Part shown: in pieces, positions 62,359 through 64,000 of the stretch | How positions within the stretch are numbered: the stretch's first letter is position 1 | How the letters are laid out: each line of letters opens with the position of its first letter | DNA from: Candidatus Subterrananammoxibius californiae | GTDB lineage: Bacteria > Planctomycetota > Brocadiia > Brocadiales > Subterrananammoxibiaceae | Length of the DNA stretch: 64,000 nucleotides | Assembly: GCA_030586555.1 (NCBI GenBank) | Contig: JAURAC010000003.1 | Coordinates: forward strand, 32,001 to 96,000 | Reading direction: 5' to 3' | Program-made: the position numbers and the translations under genes | The notes under the pieces: model-generated | What the model was told of the DNA's origin: nothing | Database searches by the model: none | The model's input: the letters and a program-made list of their open reading frames with translations, nothing else

Positions 62359-62745
62359 ATGATTAGTAAATTCTTGCCTTTGGTAGGAATTACTGTTATA
62401 ATGACACTATTTATTGTATGGGAACAAGTTCAGACTACAAAATGTGGTTATAAGGTGGCAGAACTGCAAAAGAAGATAACCGACCTTCAGGAGAAAAACA
62501 GAAGGCTTGAGTGTCAGGTAAGCGCCCTGAAAAAACCCGAGCGGGTTGTCAATGCAATTCAATCCATGGGGATTGACCTTGCGCAACCCTTAGAGAATAA
62601 AGATATGATAGCAAAGACAAAACAGCCCGGTCCTCAGAGGGGTCGAACAACTAATACTATCGTTGCTTCTGCCAGAGCCGAGCTTGGCCCCCTCGGCAGA
62701 GGCAAAGAGGTGAAAAAGCAAAAAGGTGGAAAGGTAAAGAGGTAA
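62359..62745 (+). CDS. ftsL: FtsL-like division protein with a repeat-derived tail
   Basis: TM plus leucine zipper between rsmH and the PBP gene. Confidence 0.65.
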   Translation: MISKFLPLVGITVIMTLFIVWEQVQTTKCGYKVAELQKKITDLQEKNRRLECQVSALKKPERVVNAIQSMGIDLAQPLENKDMIAKTKQPGPQRGRTTNTIVASARAELGPLGRGKEVKKQKGGKVKR

Positions 62746-62775
62746 AAAAGAGCCTTTCAACCTTTGGTGCATTAT

Positions 62776-64000
62776 ATGTTCTCAAAGTCATTTAAAATCA
62801 GGTTATCAGCAATTGGAATATTCCTAATAATTGCGTACATCGCACTGGGGGTTCAATTAGTTCGGATACAACTGTTTGACTATGAGAAATATTCCAGGAT
62901 GGCAGAGGCTCAACACAATAAGAGGATTGAGCTGACTGCGCATCGGGGACCTATCCTTGATTGTAAGGGGAGGAAACTTGCAGCATCCCTAATCCTTTGC
63001 TCGGTATTTGCCAATCCCACAGAGGTGCAGGAAAAACCCAGAACCGCCCACTTATTGGCAAAAACCCTTCGCTTAGACGTATCTCGGGTGCTGAAGTTAT
63101 TGGAAAAGGAAAAGAAATTTGTATGGATAAAGAGGAAGATAACTGAGGACGAAGCCTCAGCAATTGAGAAACTAAACTTACAAGGCATCGGTTGCAGGGA
63201 AGAAACAGACCGATTCTATCCTAACGGAACGCTTTGCAGCCAGGTAGTTGGTTTTGTAGATATTGACGGAAAAGGGTTAGAGGGTATCGAGCTCGCCTTT
63301 GATAATATCCTTTCGGGTGAAAGCGGCTATAGGTTGCTTCGAAGGGACGCCCTCCAGCGCCACCTCTCGACCCTTGAGGGGAAAACCCAGACCCCCAGAC
63401 ACGGCGATGGGATAATGTTAACAATAGATGCTGTAATCCAGACCATTGTGGAGGATGCACTTAGAAAGGCTTGTGAAACCTATCGTCCAATTTCCGCAAT
63501 CGCCATTGCGATGGTTCCTTCAACCGGGGATATCCTTGCTATGGCTAATCTACCTTCTTATGACCCGAACTTCTTCTGGAGATATTCCCCCGATGAGTGG
63601 CGAAGTCGTGCAGTTACCGATTGCTATGAGCCTGGCTCCCTTCTTAAACCTGTTGTTGCATCTGGAGCGCTTGAATACGGACTGGCTACACCAGAGGATG
63701 TCTTCTTCTGTCATAATGGGGTATATACAATTGGTAAAAGAACGCTTCACGACGTTCACGAGTACGGAAGGCTTACTTTGGCTGAAATCCTTATCAAATC
63801 GAGTAATATAGGAATGGCAAAATTGGGGATGCTCATGGGGCAAGAAAAGCTTTATCATCACTTGCGCAAATTCGGTTTCGGAGAGAAAACTAATGTAGAA
63901 CTTCCAGGGGAAATCAGTGGTACGGTACGGCCTCTCAGGGCATGGTCCTATTACTCGGTAACATCAATTCCAATGGGACACGAAATAGCGGTTACCCCTT
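62776..64000 (+). CDS. ftsI: Class B PBP (FtsI-like), truncated by the window edge
   Basis: RGPILD, RFYP, GLEGIE, LTID, EPGSLLKP (SxxK), KSSN; absent from the ORF track because there is no stop. Confidence 0.9.
   Translation, partial: MFSKSFKIRLSAIGIFLIIAYIALGVQLVRIQLFDYEKYSRMAEAQHNKRIELTAHRGPILDCKGRKLAASLILCSVFANPTEVQEKPRTAHLLAKTLRLDVSRVLKLLEKEKKFVWIKRKITEDEASAIEKLNLQGIGCREETDRFYPNGTLCSQVVGFVDIDGKGLEGIELAFDNILSGESGYRLLRRDALQRHLSTLEGKTQTPRHGDGIMLTIDAVIQTIVEDALRKACETYRPISAIAIAMVPSTGDILAMANLPSYDPNFFWRYSPDEWRSRAVTDCYEPGSLLKPVVASGALEYGLATPEDVFFCHNGVYTIGKRTLHDVHEYGRLTLAEILIKSSNIGMAKLGMLMGQEKLYHHLRKFGFGEKTNVELPGEISGTVRPLRAWSYYSVTSIPMGHEIAVTP

Overview
Bacterial chromosomal window of moderately low GC. 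Gene content suggests an anaerobic planctomycete of the Ca. Brocadiia type; this is inference only. The backbone carries a sigma54/partner-switching module, arcE-like/arcC, an MnmE-like GTPase, mfd, a SurA-like PPIase, mqnA/mqnC, a cbb3-type ccoNO(S) operon followed by two PQQ-type beta-propellers, coaB, hflKC, cmoA, an RND system, def/fmt, the start of the dcw cluster (mraZ-rsmH-ftsL-ftsI) and tRNA-Lys/tRNA-Arg. Four accessory patches carry mostly toxin-antitoxin modules. The most striking property is saturation by several families of tiny palindromic elements and 7-8 bp tandem arrays. These sit in frame inside more than a dozen intact genes, nest inside one another, and supply start codons, stop codons and a signal peptide. 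Other highlights: TA cassettes delimited by a REP-like GGGACAC...GTGTCCC palindrome next to orphan attC sites with no integrase in the window; an IS110 whose upstream non-coding region matches its reconstructed target; cassettes flanked by duplicated host sequence; an inverted mqnA duplication; cmoA coupled to a membrane methyltransferase; and an aquaporin lacking the second NPA(R) motif. All calls are by eye from motifs; no searches were run.
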